This document shows positions 8,000 to 16,204 of a DNA stretch of 20,267 nt, piece after piece. The DNA is from Hadesarchaea archaeon (GTDB lineage: Archaea > Hadarchaeota > Hadarchaeia > Hadarchaeales > WYZ-LMO6): contig JAPDJF010000047.1 of the NCBI GenBank assembly GCA_029259185.1, forward strand, positions 1-20,267, in the 5' to 3' direction. A program made the translations under genes and the position numbers. Each line of letters begins with the position of its first letter. The stretch's first letter is position 1. A model generated the notes under the pieces. It had not been told where the DNA came from. It made no database searches and worked only from the letters and a program-made list of their open reading frames with translations.

Positions 8000-8101
8000 T
8001 GGACCTTCCGCGGAGGACCCAAGAGCCCTCCTGGGCGGGATTCGAACCCGCGACCTCCCGCATGCCAAGCGGACGATCATACCAGGCTGATCTACCGGCC
8101 C
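8000..8101 (-). tRNA. tRNA-Ala(GGC) with a 27-nt intron in the acceptor stem at 67/68 (8006-8032)
   Basis: GGGCCGG-TA-GATC D arm, TCCGC-TTGGCAT-GCGGG anticodon arm, GCGGG-TTCGAAT-CCCGC T arm, then CC[intron]GGTCC-A-CC. Splicing restores a 7-bp acceptor stem with G3-U70 and A73. Confidence 0.9.
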
Positions 8102-8153
8102 ACCATCATAAATGGGATCCATAGGTTTATTGAATTTATTCTCGAAAGCCAAC

Positions 8154-8163
8154 TCAAAAAAAC
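8154..8163 (-). terminator. Putative oligo-T terminator after rpl37e
   Basis: T7 tract directly after the rpl37e stop. Confidence 0.5.
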
Positions 8164-8358
8164 TCACCGAAGCCGTATTCCTTGAACCTTTTTTGTTTTC
8201 CAGCTGTACCGATAGATTCTTCTTGTTCTACCGAACCCGCATGCCGCACAAACACCTTTCTGAAGATGAAACGCTCTTCGTCCACACCTCCTACAGCGGA
8301 CATGCACAACTTTGTGTCGCTTACCCATTGAAGGGGTACCTTTAACCACATAGCTCAC
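8164..8358 (-). CDS. rpl37e: 50S ribosomal protein L37e
   Basis: [15 protein letters not shown]...CAACGFG zinc finger; downstream of Lsm. The true start may be GTG at 8349. Confidence 0.96.
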   Translation of the reverse strand: MSYVVKGTPSMGKRHKVVHVRCRRCGRRAFHLQKGVCAACGFGRTRRIYRYSWKTKKVQGIRLR

Positions 8359-8582
8359 TCCGCTGGGGAGATGTAGACCACATTATCGCCACGGATCATC
8401 ATTAGTCCATACCTCTTGGCTGGTTCCCCTCCTTGGAGCTCCTCGGCTTCCTCTAAGACTAGGTTCACATGAACATCGAATCCCACGAGTTTGCCCCGAA
8501 ATTCCCGTCCACCTTTGAGGCTCACCAGTACAGCTGACCCGAGAGCGCGATTCAGCAGGTCAAGTGGTCTTTGGGCTGCCAT
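8355..8582 (-). CDS. Sm-like archaeal protein (Lsm/SmAP1)
   Basis: RPLDLL, Sm1 G.L.GFD.HVNLVL, Sm2 [11 protein letters not shown]; ATG at 8582; Lsm-rpl37e synteny. Confidence 0.95.
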   Translation of the reverse strand: MAAQRPLDLLNRALGSAVLVSLKGGREFRGKLVGFDVHVNLVLEEAEELQGGEPAKRYGLMMIRGDNVVYISPAE

Positions 8583-8604
8583 GGAATCACTATTTTTTCT
8601 CTCA

Positions 8605-8616
8605 AGATATTTAAGT
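8605..8616. promoter_or_regulatory. Possible shared TATA element between the divergent Lsm and PUA genes
   Basis: ATATTTAAGT lies ~25 nt from both starts in a 53-nt spacer. Confidence 0.4.
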
Positions 8617-8635
8617 AGGTATCTAACCATTAATC

Positions 8636-9145
8636 GTGACTCCGAAGAGGTACCACTTGAGAAAATCTGCCATCAGAAAACTTGCGAAACGGATCAAAGA
8701 GGAGTTCGGGGAAAAAACAGAGTTAAAGGGCAAAAAATTCGAAATGGTTGAGCTGAGAAAGAGAGAGGTACTGCTCGTAGATGACCTTCCTTTTTTATTC
8801 AAATCCGGGGATGAGATCTTTCCCACTCTGTATTCGGTGGAACGATTCGGGTTGAAGAAGGTTACGGTAGACATGGGCGCAGTTCCACACATCGTCAACG
8901 GAGCTGATGTTATGTCCCCAGGAGTGACTCAAGTAGATACTGAGATTTCTACCAATGATAAGGTAGTGGTGGTGGACGAGAGGCACGGAAAAGTGCTAGC
9001 TGTAGGTGTAGCGCTCGTCCCGGCAAGGGAGATGAAAAAACCGAAAGGGAAGGTAGTGAAAATTGCCCACCACGTGGGGGATGAGATATGGAATCTCACA
9101 CATATCGGAAAAAAGTTATATAAGGAAAAGTCTATGGACAATTGA
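8636..9145 (+). CDS. PUA-domain RNA-binding protein (MCT-1/Tma20-like)
   Basis: [31 protein letters not shown] motifs. Confidence 0.92.
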   Translation: MTPKRYHLRKSAIRKLAKRIKEEFGEKTELKGKKFEMVELRKREVLLVDDLPFLFKSGDEIFPTLYSVERFGLKKVTVDMGAVPHIVNGADVMSPGVTQVDTEISTNDKVVVVDERHGKVLAVGVALVPAREMKKPKGKVVKIAHHVGDEIWNLTHIGKKLYKEKSMDN

Positions 9146-9150
9146 CACCT

Positions 9151-9528
9151 ATGCGAACTCTGAAAAAGCTCTTCAGCGGAGGGCAGAGATCGGTAGAACC
9201 GGAGAGAGCACCCGTGATGACCACTGAGGTTTCACAAATGAGGGAGCGCAGGGTGGGGATAGAGCCCATATACATAAAGAGCATGGATTTGGAGTCACCG
9301 GACGACCTCAAAAGAGTTGGAGATGAACTCCGATCAGGAAACATTGTGATCCTGAATATAGCTTCCTTTATGAGCCGTGACGTCGAGGGGCTCAAGCAGA
9401 CAATTGCCCAGCTCAAGGGGATATGCTATGCCATCGGTGGAGATATCGGACGTTTAAGCGATTCCTGGATAGTAGCCACTCCGAAGTACGTCACGATCCA
9501 ATTTCGCGGGAAAGAGACTACGGTTTGA
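9151..9528 (+). CDS. sepF: Cell division protein SepF
   Basis: ELRSGNIVILNI, IGGDIGRL, IVATP motifs; ATG at 9151 preferred over TTG at 9142. Confidence 0.88.
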   Translation: MRTLKKLFSGGQRSVEPERAPVMTTEVSQMRERRVGIEPIYIKSMDLESPDDLKRVGDELRSGNIVILNIASFMSRDVEGLKQTIAQLKGICYAIGGDIGRLSDSWIVATPKYVTIQFRGKETTV

Positions 9529-11433
9529 TCACTGCAACCTCACCGTTTCCAAATTCGGAGGTGCTCTGGTCTCTACCCTAAAAAGTTTATGTAATGCGCT
9601 CGCCAGACTCACGCATTTGTCCTCATCCCCATGACAACATATTATCCTAGAAGGTTTTGGTGAGAGCCTCCTGACGTAGTTAAGCAGTTGAGCCCGATCG
9701 GAGTGGCCGCTAAACCCGTCTATGGTCTCGATCCTCATGTTAACGTTTATAACTTCCATCCTTCCATCTTGCGATCTCATCGGTACCTCCTTCCACCCTT
9801 TTTGAATCCGTCGACCCAATGAACCCTCACTCTGATATCCCACGAACACGAGGGTGTTTTTTGGGTCGGGTGCAAATTTTTTGAAGTATTCCAGAACCGG
9901 ACCTCCGGTCATCATTCCCGCGGTGGCCAAGATTATACAGGGGGGACCCTCCATTATCTCCGACCGTTGGTCAGGGGTCGTCACCCTGACGAACATCTCG
10001 GAGAGGAATGGGTTGCTATCATCTTGGAATATCAACTTCCTCAAACCTGGGGACAAGTATTCGGGATACACGGTGTGAATCGCGGTGGCTTCCCATATCA
10101 TGCCATCCAGATACACATCTCCATCAAAGAGTCCTTTCCTATGAAACTCCTCAAGCAACACCATTATCTCCTGGGCCCTTCCAACCGCAAAAACCGGTAT
10201 CAACACTTTTCCACCCTTCTCGATCGTTTCCCTTATGACTCCCAAGAGTCTTCGCTCAGCCTCCGCTCTCGGCAACTGCATGTTATCGGATCCGCCGTAG
10301 GTGCTCTCCATTATCAAGGTCTCCACTCTCGGAAAAGTACACATAGCCGGAAAGAACAGTTTGGTTCGATCGAATTTTATGTCCCCCGTGTACACGACGT
10401 TGTGCAATCCCTCCCCAACATGGATGTGGACGATAGACGATCCCAAGATGTGTCCCGCGTTATACAGAGTTATCTTAATGTCCGGAGAGATATCAGTCAC
10501 TTCCCCCCACTCCAAGGGGATCGAGTGATGGACGAAAGAACGGATATCCTTTCGATCGTAAGGGAGTGGTCTATCCTCCCTCTCCGCGACCTCGATGAAA
10601 TCTTGGAGGAGAAGTACCGCGAGGTCCCGGGTCGGTGTGGTACAGTAGACGGGCCCCTCGTACCCATATTTGTACAAGTAGGGGACGAAACCCATATGAT
10701 CCAGATGGGCGTGGGTGATCACCACCGCATCTAGCTCGGCTATCCTGACCTCGGGTACTTCTAAATGGGGATAAGCCCTATCGTCAGAAGCCACATTCAA
10801 CCCACAATCCAACATCACCTTGCTTTCAGGGGTTTGGAGTAAGAGCGAGGATCTTCCGACTTCTCTAGCTCCACCCAACATCGTGACCCTGACCCAGTCT
10901 CCCCTCGCCCTAGGCTCTCGATGAATTCTCCTCCCTATCTTCTGCATTATTCCCCGATCTTTACTGCTTGACTGAATCAGTGAAAGACGGATGTTTTGAA
11001 TCAATTCGGATTGGATGGGTGGTGTTCGCACAACCTTCGGGGTCCAACCGATTTCGTTCATTATCCTTCGGAGGAGGGTACCATCCTTTCCTATAACCAC
11101 TCCTGGTTTCTTCGCCTCTATGGTGACCTCGCCGAGCGACTCATCAAATATTATGTTCGTTATCCCCGCGGTCTCAGGAACTAGGTTATTTATTTTTTCC
11201 TCAGCTTCCTTGGGATCGATGAGTAGCTTGGGGTCGGGGCGAAGAAGCACGCGCTTGTGGAGTTTACGCGCCAACTCCTTGATCACTTCTCCATTCTGGG
11301 TCAGGGGCTCCAAGTTCTTACAATAAAGCACCACCCGGGGTCCCTCGAAATCCACACCTGATACGGACTCCCCAAATGGTGTCTCTTCTTTCACCACTTT
11401 CTTTATCTGCTCGAGTAGTTCCTCGGCCGCCAT
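9529..11433 (-). CDS. fttA: Beta-CASP ribonuclease aCPSF1 / termination factor FttA
   Basis: N-terminal KH domains (KPGVVIGKDG), HAHLDH, AGHILGS, FSGHSD, HGD motifs; downstream of psmB. Confidence 0.96.
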   Translation of the reverse strand: MAAEELLEQIKKVVKEETPFGESVSGVDFEGPRVVLYCKNLEPLTQNGEVIKELARKLHKRVLLRPDPKLLIDPKEAEEKINNLVPETAGITNIIFDESLGEVTIEAKKPGVVIGKDGTLLRRIMNEIGWTPKVVRTPPIQSELIQNIRLSLIQSSSKDRGIMQKIGRRIHREPRARGDWVRVTMLGGAREVGRSSLLLQTPESKVMLDCGLNVASDDRAYPHLEVPEVRIAELDAVVITHAHLDHMGFVPYLYKYGYEGPVYCTTPTRDLAVLLLQDFIEVAEREDRPLPYDRKDIRSFVHHSIPLEWGEVTDISPDIKITLYNAGHILGSSIVHIHVGEGLHNVVYTGDIKFDRTKLFFPAMCTFPRVETLIMESTYGGSDNMQLPRAEAERRLLGVIRETIEKGGKVLIPVFAVGRAQEIMVLLEEFHRKGLFDGDVYLDGMIWEATAIHTVYPEYLSPGLRKLIFQDDSNPFLSEMFVRVTTPDQRSEIMEGPPCIILATAGMMTGGPVLEYFKKFAPDPKNTLVFVGYQSEGSLGRRIQKGWKEVPMRSQDGRMEVINVNMRIETIDGFSGHSDRAQLLNYVRRLSPKPSRIICCHGDEDKCVSLASALHKLFRVETRAPPNLETVRLQ

Positions 11434-11457
11434 GCTCTGCCCTCAAAGAGTAGATCG

Positions 11458-12081
11458 TTAGACCAGTTTGACTACCTCACGAGGGGAAAGTCTCCTACAT
11501 CCAGTTTCACTGATAGTCATAACTTCTAGCTCGTTCCCCGTAGCCGTGTCTCTCCGCATAGCTGCCTTGATGGCTCGAACTACTATGGGAAGGGCATCCT
11601 CTACCCCCATACCCTCTTTGAACTCACTCTCAAGCACCCCATAAGCCACGGGTGAGCCAGACCCGGTTGCGGTCATCCACTCTTCGGTTACCGTCCCATC
11701 CAGATCCACGAAATACACTTGAGGCCCCCTGCCGTCCACCCCTCCCACCAACAAGTTCGCGATAAACGGGATAAGTGCTTGAGAGTGAAGGATGTTAGCC
11801 GCAAGCCTCGCCACCGAACTCACCGAAATCAACCTCCCCTCACGCGCTTGGAAGAGGCCGGATTCTGCTCGGAGGAACTTCACGAGCGCTTGAGTGTCTC
11901 CCACCCCCCCAGCAACCGTCGCTGCTATCCTCTCGGTTATCTCGTATAGTTTTTGTGCACGCTTGCTCGCGATGAGATATCCAGCTGTGGCTCTGGTGTC
12001 AGCGGCTAAGACCACTCCATTCCTACACGCAACACCCACGGTTGTGGTGCCCGCGAGTTCTTTGATCCTCTTTTCCTCCAA
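11458..12081 (-). CDS. psmB: Proteasome subunit beta
   Basis: Short propeptide then G|TTTVG (catalytic Thr), AADTRATAG, ATGSGS. Confidence 0.97.
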   Translation of the reverse strand: MEEKRIKELAGTTTVGVACRNGVVLAADTRATAGYLIASKRAQKLYEITERIAATVAGGVGDTQALVKFLRAESGLFQAREGRLISVSSVARLAANILHSQALIPFIANLLVGGVDGRGPQVYFVDLDGTVTEEWMTATGSGSPVAYGVLESEFKEGMGVEDALPIVVRAIKAAMRRDTATGNELEVMTISETGCRRLSPREVVKLV

Positions 12082-12124
12082 TCCAATCCCTCAGAAAGAG
12101 ACCAGCTATCTTACGTCATTCCAT

Positions 12125-12132
12125 ATTTAAAT
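12125..12132. promoter_or_regulatory. Palindromic TATA-like element between divergent psmB and M28 peptidase
   Basis: ATTTAAAT in the 71-nt spacer. Confidence 0.4.
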
Positions 12133-12152
12133 TTTACCATTTTGATTGGTCA

Positions 12153-13328
12153 ATGGTGAGGAATTTGGGTGGATTTGAAGTCAGGAAAGTCTTCGAGCAC
12201 GTGGACAAACTCGCATACGAGATAGGTCCTCGAAGGGCTGGTGAAAAAGGGGACGAGCTGGCCACCAGATATGTCTCGGAGAAGCTTAGGGAATGTGGGC
12301 TCCAGACGAGCGTGATGGAATTCGAATTCGTCAGGGAAACCCTAAAGGAGGGGATCATGGCAATCATTGGCTTGATCGGTTTTCTCCCGTTGATCGTCGT
12401 CCCGGGATTTCAATCGCTCTTTCTCTGGATAGCGGTCTTAGCGATAATTGGGCTCTCGGGTCAAGTGCTTCCAAAGAAAAAAACGTGGAATGTGGTCGCT
12501 AGACGAAAAACGGACAAAGGGGGAAGACACATTGTACTCATGGCCCACCGGGATTCTGCCGTTTGTATCACGCGTCCCGGACTCGCTAGACTCGCTTATT
12601 TCCTCTTTTACCCTACCTTTGTACTAGCCACCTTCACCCTCATTTTGAGGCTACTATTTCACTCCATTTGGCCCACCGGATGGGTCTTGAGCACATCCCT
12701 TTTCATTCTTCTCAGCTCAGCTATCTTTCTTTCTAAATCTCAGAAGGAGGTCTCCCCAGGGGCGAACGACAACGCTTCAGGGGTATCGATCCTACTAGAA
12801 GTCGCGCGGGTATGCTCCGAGTCAAGCCCATCCTGTGATCTAACATTCGTGATTACAGGGGCAGGGGAGGAAGGAGCAATAGGGGCGAAAAAATTGCTCT
12901 CAGATGGTGTTCTGAGAGGTGATGAGACCGTACTGAACTTAGATACGGTAGGTGTTGGTAAAAATGGTTACGTTATCAGCGGGACTGGGGTGATAAGACG
13001 AATGAGAACCCCTCGAGAACTCAATGAAGAACTGAAGGTTTGCATGAGGGAGGCAGGGTTTGATCCCAGAAATTGGTGGGCAACATTTTCAGGGTACGAG
13101 CACGCACCCCTGCTCCATGCTGGTGTAAAGGCCATAACTCTCACCACCGATGTCAGATCCCGTAAAAGTCTATCACAAAAAATTCTCTCGAAGCTCCTCA
13201 ACATGCCCGCCACCAGAGAAAGGGGATACGAGTACATCCATACCCCCCATGACCTGCCAGACAAGCTCGATCTGAACACGGTAGAGAAGGTGGGAAATGT
13301 CGTGTTGAAATTCATCGGAGTGAATTGA
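12153..13328 (+). CDS. Membrane-embedded M28-family metallopeptidase
   Basis: AHRDS, GANDNASG, GEEG, NLDTVG, YIHTPHD motifs with about four hydrophobic segments inserted. Confidence 0.88.
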   Translation: MVRNLGGFEVRKVFEHVDKLAYEIGPRRAGEKGDELATRYVSEKLRECGLQTSVMEFEFVRETLKEGIMAIIGLIGFLPLIVVPGFQSLFLWIAVLAIIGLSGQVLPKKKTWNVVARRKTDKGGRHIVLMAHRDSAVCITRPGLARLAYFLFYPTFVLATFTLILRLLFHSIWPTGWVLSTSLFILLSSAIFLSKSQKEVSPGANDNASGVSILLEVARVCSESSPSCDLTFVITGAGEEGAIGAKKLLSDGVLRGDETVLNLDTVGVGKNGYVISGTGVIRRMRTPRELNEELKVCMREAGFDPRNWWATFSGYEHAPLLHAGVKAITLTTDVRSRKSLSQKILSKLLNMPATRERGYEYIHTPHDLPDKLDLNTVEKVGNVVLKFIGVN

Positions 13329-13341
13329 AGGATGATTCTAG

Positions 13342-14352
13342 ATGAGTACCCTCCCCGCTCTCGCCTTAACAGCCACCCTTTACGTAGCTTGGAACATAGG
13401 AGCTAGTGACACCGCCAACGCAATGGGAACCGCCGTCGGTGCTAGGATCATCACGTACCGGAGAGCGATCACCTTTTTCATCCTATTCGTTCTCCTGGGT
13501 GCCATGCTGGAGGGATGGAAACTCATCCAACCGGTGGGTAAGGAGATAATCACGGGACCCATCTTTCAGCTTCACCCCCATCTCATCTTTTTTGCGATGT
13601 TGTGTGCGGGAGTCGCCGTGATGATATCCACCAAGTACGGTTTTCCGGTTTCAACCCACCAAGCGATAGTGGGTGGACTCACGGGTGCTGGCGTGGCGGC
13701 TTGCATGTTCGCGAGCCCTTCGATAGCCGCCCAGACTGGAGTGAACCTCGACAAAATAGTTGAGATACTGATCGCTTGGGGCTTGACTCCTGTAGGTGCG
13801 ATGGTGTTCGCAGCCATTTTGTGTCACGGGTTCAGGTGCACCATTTCCATGGTAAAAGATCCTGCCAAACTGAACTCCATCTTTTCGCTAGGTGTTATCG
13901 TCACCGGATGCTACGTAGCCTATGTTATGGGGGCCAACGATTTGGGAACGGTAATGGGTGGTTTCTACGCCACCCAAGCGGAGGGTACCGCTCCTCACTT
14001 CGTCTCCGAGATGACGCTGGCAGGCGCGGCGATGGTCGCGATCGGATCGATCTGCTGGGGGGAGAGAGTCGTCAAAACGGTGGGTAGGGGGATAGCACCA
14101 CTCTCACCGATGACGGCGCTAGTGGCCCAACTGAGTGCGAGCGTGACGATTCATCTGTTTACCCAGTGGGGTCTCCCGGTCTCCATGAGCCAAGCGATCG
14201 TCAGTAGTGTGGTTGGGGTTGGATGGGCAATGGACATTTCGATGATCAGAAAAGAAAAAGTGAAGAAAATGATCCTCATGTGGATTATAGTTCCCCTGAT
14301 AGCCACCATGCTTAGTTTTTCCTTGGCCTCGCTGTTTCTGAGTGCTATGTAG
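13342..14352 (+). CDS. Inorganic phosphate transporter, PiT family
   Basis: Duplicated signatures GASDTANA...PVSTHQA and GANDLG...GLPVSMSQ; many TM helices. Confidence 0.92.
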   Translation: MSTLPALALTATLYVAWNIGASDTANAMGTAVGARIITYRRAITFFILFVLLGAMLEGWKLIQPVGKEIITGPIFQLHPHLIFFAMLCAGVAVMISTKYGFPVSTHQAIVGGLTGAGVAACMFASPSIAAQTGVNLDKIVEILIAWGLTPVGAMVFAAILCHGFRCTISMVKDPAKLNSIFSLGVIVTGCYVAYVMGANDLGTVMGGFYATQAEGTAPHFVSEMTLAGAAMVAIGSICWGERVVKTVGRGIAPLSPMTALVAQLSASVTIHLFTQWGLPVSMSQAIVSSVVGVGWAMDISMIRKEKVKKMILMWIIVPLIATMLSFSLASLFLSAM

Positions 14353-14387
14353 AACACGCTAAGAGGAATCGAGAACAAGAAAATTTG

Positions 14388-14543
14388 ATGGGGCAACCCG
14401 AATCTTGGAGAATCATCTATGCTTCCGTTGTCCTAGTTGGAGTTATACTAGGGTGCTCTTTCGATTCTCGGTTGGGAGCCATCTTCATTTGGATGACGAT
14501 CATCATCTTCGAGTTACTGCATGCGCTCGGCAAAACTCCGTGA
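14388..14543 (+). CDS. Small hypothetical membrane protein (51 aa, two hydrophobic segments; not in ORF track)
   Basis: MGQPESWRIIYASVVLVGVILGCSFDSRLGAIFIWMTIIIFELLHALGKTP; fills the PiT-DUF47 gap with no overlaps. Confidence 0.55.
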   Translation: MGQPESWRIIYASVVLVGVILGCSFDSRLGAIFIWMTIIIFELLHALGKTP

Positions 14544-14547
14544 GAAA

Positions 14548-15231
14548 TCACAACTTCAAACCATACACAATGATTGAGACCAGATGGCTAGCATCCTCAG
14601 CGTTGTCTGAGATATCACCTACTCCGTGAATCACGTTATCCAGTTGGACGATTGTCACGGGATCGAGAAACTTCTCTAATTCATAGAGCCCCACCAAGAG
14701 GTCTTGCTCGATCAAATCAGATTCGTGCTCGATCCTTCCAACCTCGCTAGCCCGTATCTCCGCCAGATCGATATTCACCGCCAGTATCTTCAGGGATGAG
14801 TTCAATGCATCCACGCTCTTGACCGCAAGTTCACCCATTTTTATCAATCCTTCTCGGATCTCCTTGATCCTTCTTTCCCTCCTCTCAGCCCTTTTGATCG
14901 CCCGGAGCATCTTCTCCCTCATCAGAATCGTTCGAGTCACCTCCTCCGTGATATCAGCGACTTTGTCGAGCTGGTCCCCAAGTCTCGCAAAATCCCCCCT
15001 ATATGCTGGGAGGAATGCACCCTGACTGAGAACCTTATTAAAGTTTCTCACCTGCTCGTCTGCCAGACTCTCTAGTTCACTCACCGCTCTCCCCAAGCTC
15101 TCCGCCTTTTGGAAATCGAATTCCGAAAAAACCGCTGAAAGTAATTCTTCAAATTTCTTCACGACCCCCAACACGGATTCCGAGTGTTGCTGAACGGCAG
15201 CAAGGGCCCTTTTTTCTTTCTTTCCCCACAT
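14548..15231 (-). CDS. DUF47 (PhoU-like) phosphate transport regulator
   Basis: LES.AD, GAFLP..R.D, D.VAD, IEHESD, GDISD.AED repeat motifs; adjacent to PiT. Confidence 0.9.
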   Translation of the reverse strand: MWGKKEKRALAAVQQHSESVLGVVKKFEELLSAVFSEFDFQKAESLGRAVSELESLADEQVRNFNKVLSQGAFLPAYRGDFARLGDQLDKVADITEEVTRTILMREKMLRAIKRAERRERRIKEIREGLIKMGELAVKSVDALNSSLKILAVNIDLAEIRASEVGRIEHESDLIEQDLLVGLYELEKFLDPVTIVQLDNVIHGVGDISDNAEDASHLVSIIVYGLKL

Positions 15232-15240
15232 CCTCTAACC

Positions 15241-15744
15241 CTACGAGCCGAGATTCTCAGGCACTCTCCTCAGCTTCGATCCACAGACCTCACATCTAAT
15301 CGCGGGTCTGCGATATTTTCTCCCACATGCCGGGCATACTACCCTCCACCTGAACAGCTTCTTTATACCGGGGGTTAACACCGCCCTGCAAGGGATGCCT
15401 AGAACCCCTGCGACATTTTGAATACCATAATCATCCGTCACTATCTCAGGTAGCTTCCCTCTTCTCTTCATGTCCAAGGCTAAAGCGAGCAGCCCTACAT
15501 CCGTTTTGGAGATGGAGTCCCCAGTCCTTTTAATCTTCCGTTGAATGGTAGACACCGCCCTGAGAGAGGGGTTCAAGAGCTTTACCCTTTTCATCAAGAC
15601 GGCGGTATCGATCTTCGACCTTAGAATTTCATCCTTAACTTCATTCAGCACGGGCTCGATCGTGACCTGTTCGATCTCCGTCGTCGCAGGACTGAACCCC
15701 CCTATGAGGGCGGACGTGTCCAACACATAAACTTTTTTCTTCAC
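15241..15744 (-). CDS. nob1: Nob1-family endoribonuclease (PIN domain plus Zn ribbon)
   Basis: VLDTSA, S.TD, TDDYGIQNVA, CPACG...CEVCGS. Confidence 0.92.
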   Translation of the reverse strand: MKKKVYVLDTSALIGGFSPATTEIEQVTIEPVLNEVKDEILRSKIDTAVLMKRVKLLNPSLRAVSTIQRKIKRTGDSISKTDVGLLALALDMKRRGKLPEIVTDDYGIQNVAGVLGIPCRAVLTPGIKKLFRWRVVCPACGRKYRRPAIRCEVCGSKLRRVPENLGS

Positions 15745-15780
15745 AAAGTTCTGGTAAATATTCGTGGCTTAAGTATTTAA

Positions 15781-16204
15781 GGAGCCCATCCAAACGCAAA
15801 TCAAGCTGGAGAAATTGAAAGATCTTTTGGCCGAGTGGGACCGTGTCTAGGCCCTTGAGAGGGCTACCGGACTCTGAAAGAGCAAACGAGGCTGCCCTCT
15901 TACTACTGCCGTGCTTGGCTTGGAAGGCTGGCGATGGGCGGGGGTCCCCGTTGTCCTAGCCAGCGAGGACTGCACGAGCAGAACGTGCCACCGCTGCGGA
16001 AACGAAGGACGAAGGGTCTCTCGAGCTTCTTCAAATTCCCGTCGTGCGGGCTGAAGTACAACGCCGACCTGAACGGAGCCGTAAACATAAGTAAGAGGTT
16101 CCTCGACCATTGGTTGGGGGACAGGGTGCTAGAGTTCGCGCCCTTGAGGGGGGAGCCTAGCTACCTCCCAAGGTAAGTCGCGAATACTCACCAGAACCCT
16201 TCAC
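15781..16204 (+). pseudogene. tnpB: Internally deleted, frameshifted TnpB remnant (IS200/IS605)
   Basis: Pieces in different frames: KLEKLKDLLAEW and GYRTLKEQTRLPSYYCRA (N-terminal-like), GVPVVL...TSRTCHRCG (Zn finger), FKFPSCGLKYNADLNGAVNI (RuvC-III). RuvC-I and RuvC-II are missing. Boundaries approximate. Confidence 0.8.

Noticed and set aside
8006-8032. tRNA-Ala interruption as an integration (att) scar or pseudogene
   Set aside because: No duplicated 3' end and no integrase; the insert is 27 nt and its boundaries match BHB cleavage positions exactly.
7656-8345. ORF-track ORFs over the tRNA region (7656-7871, 7933-8124, 7940-8167, 7967-8185, 8112-8345)
   Set aside because: They overlap tRNA genes or rpl37e and show no protein motifs.
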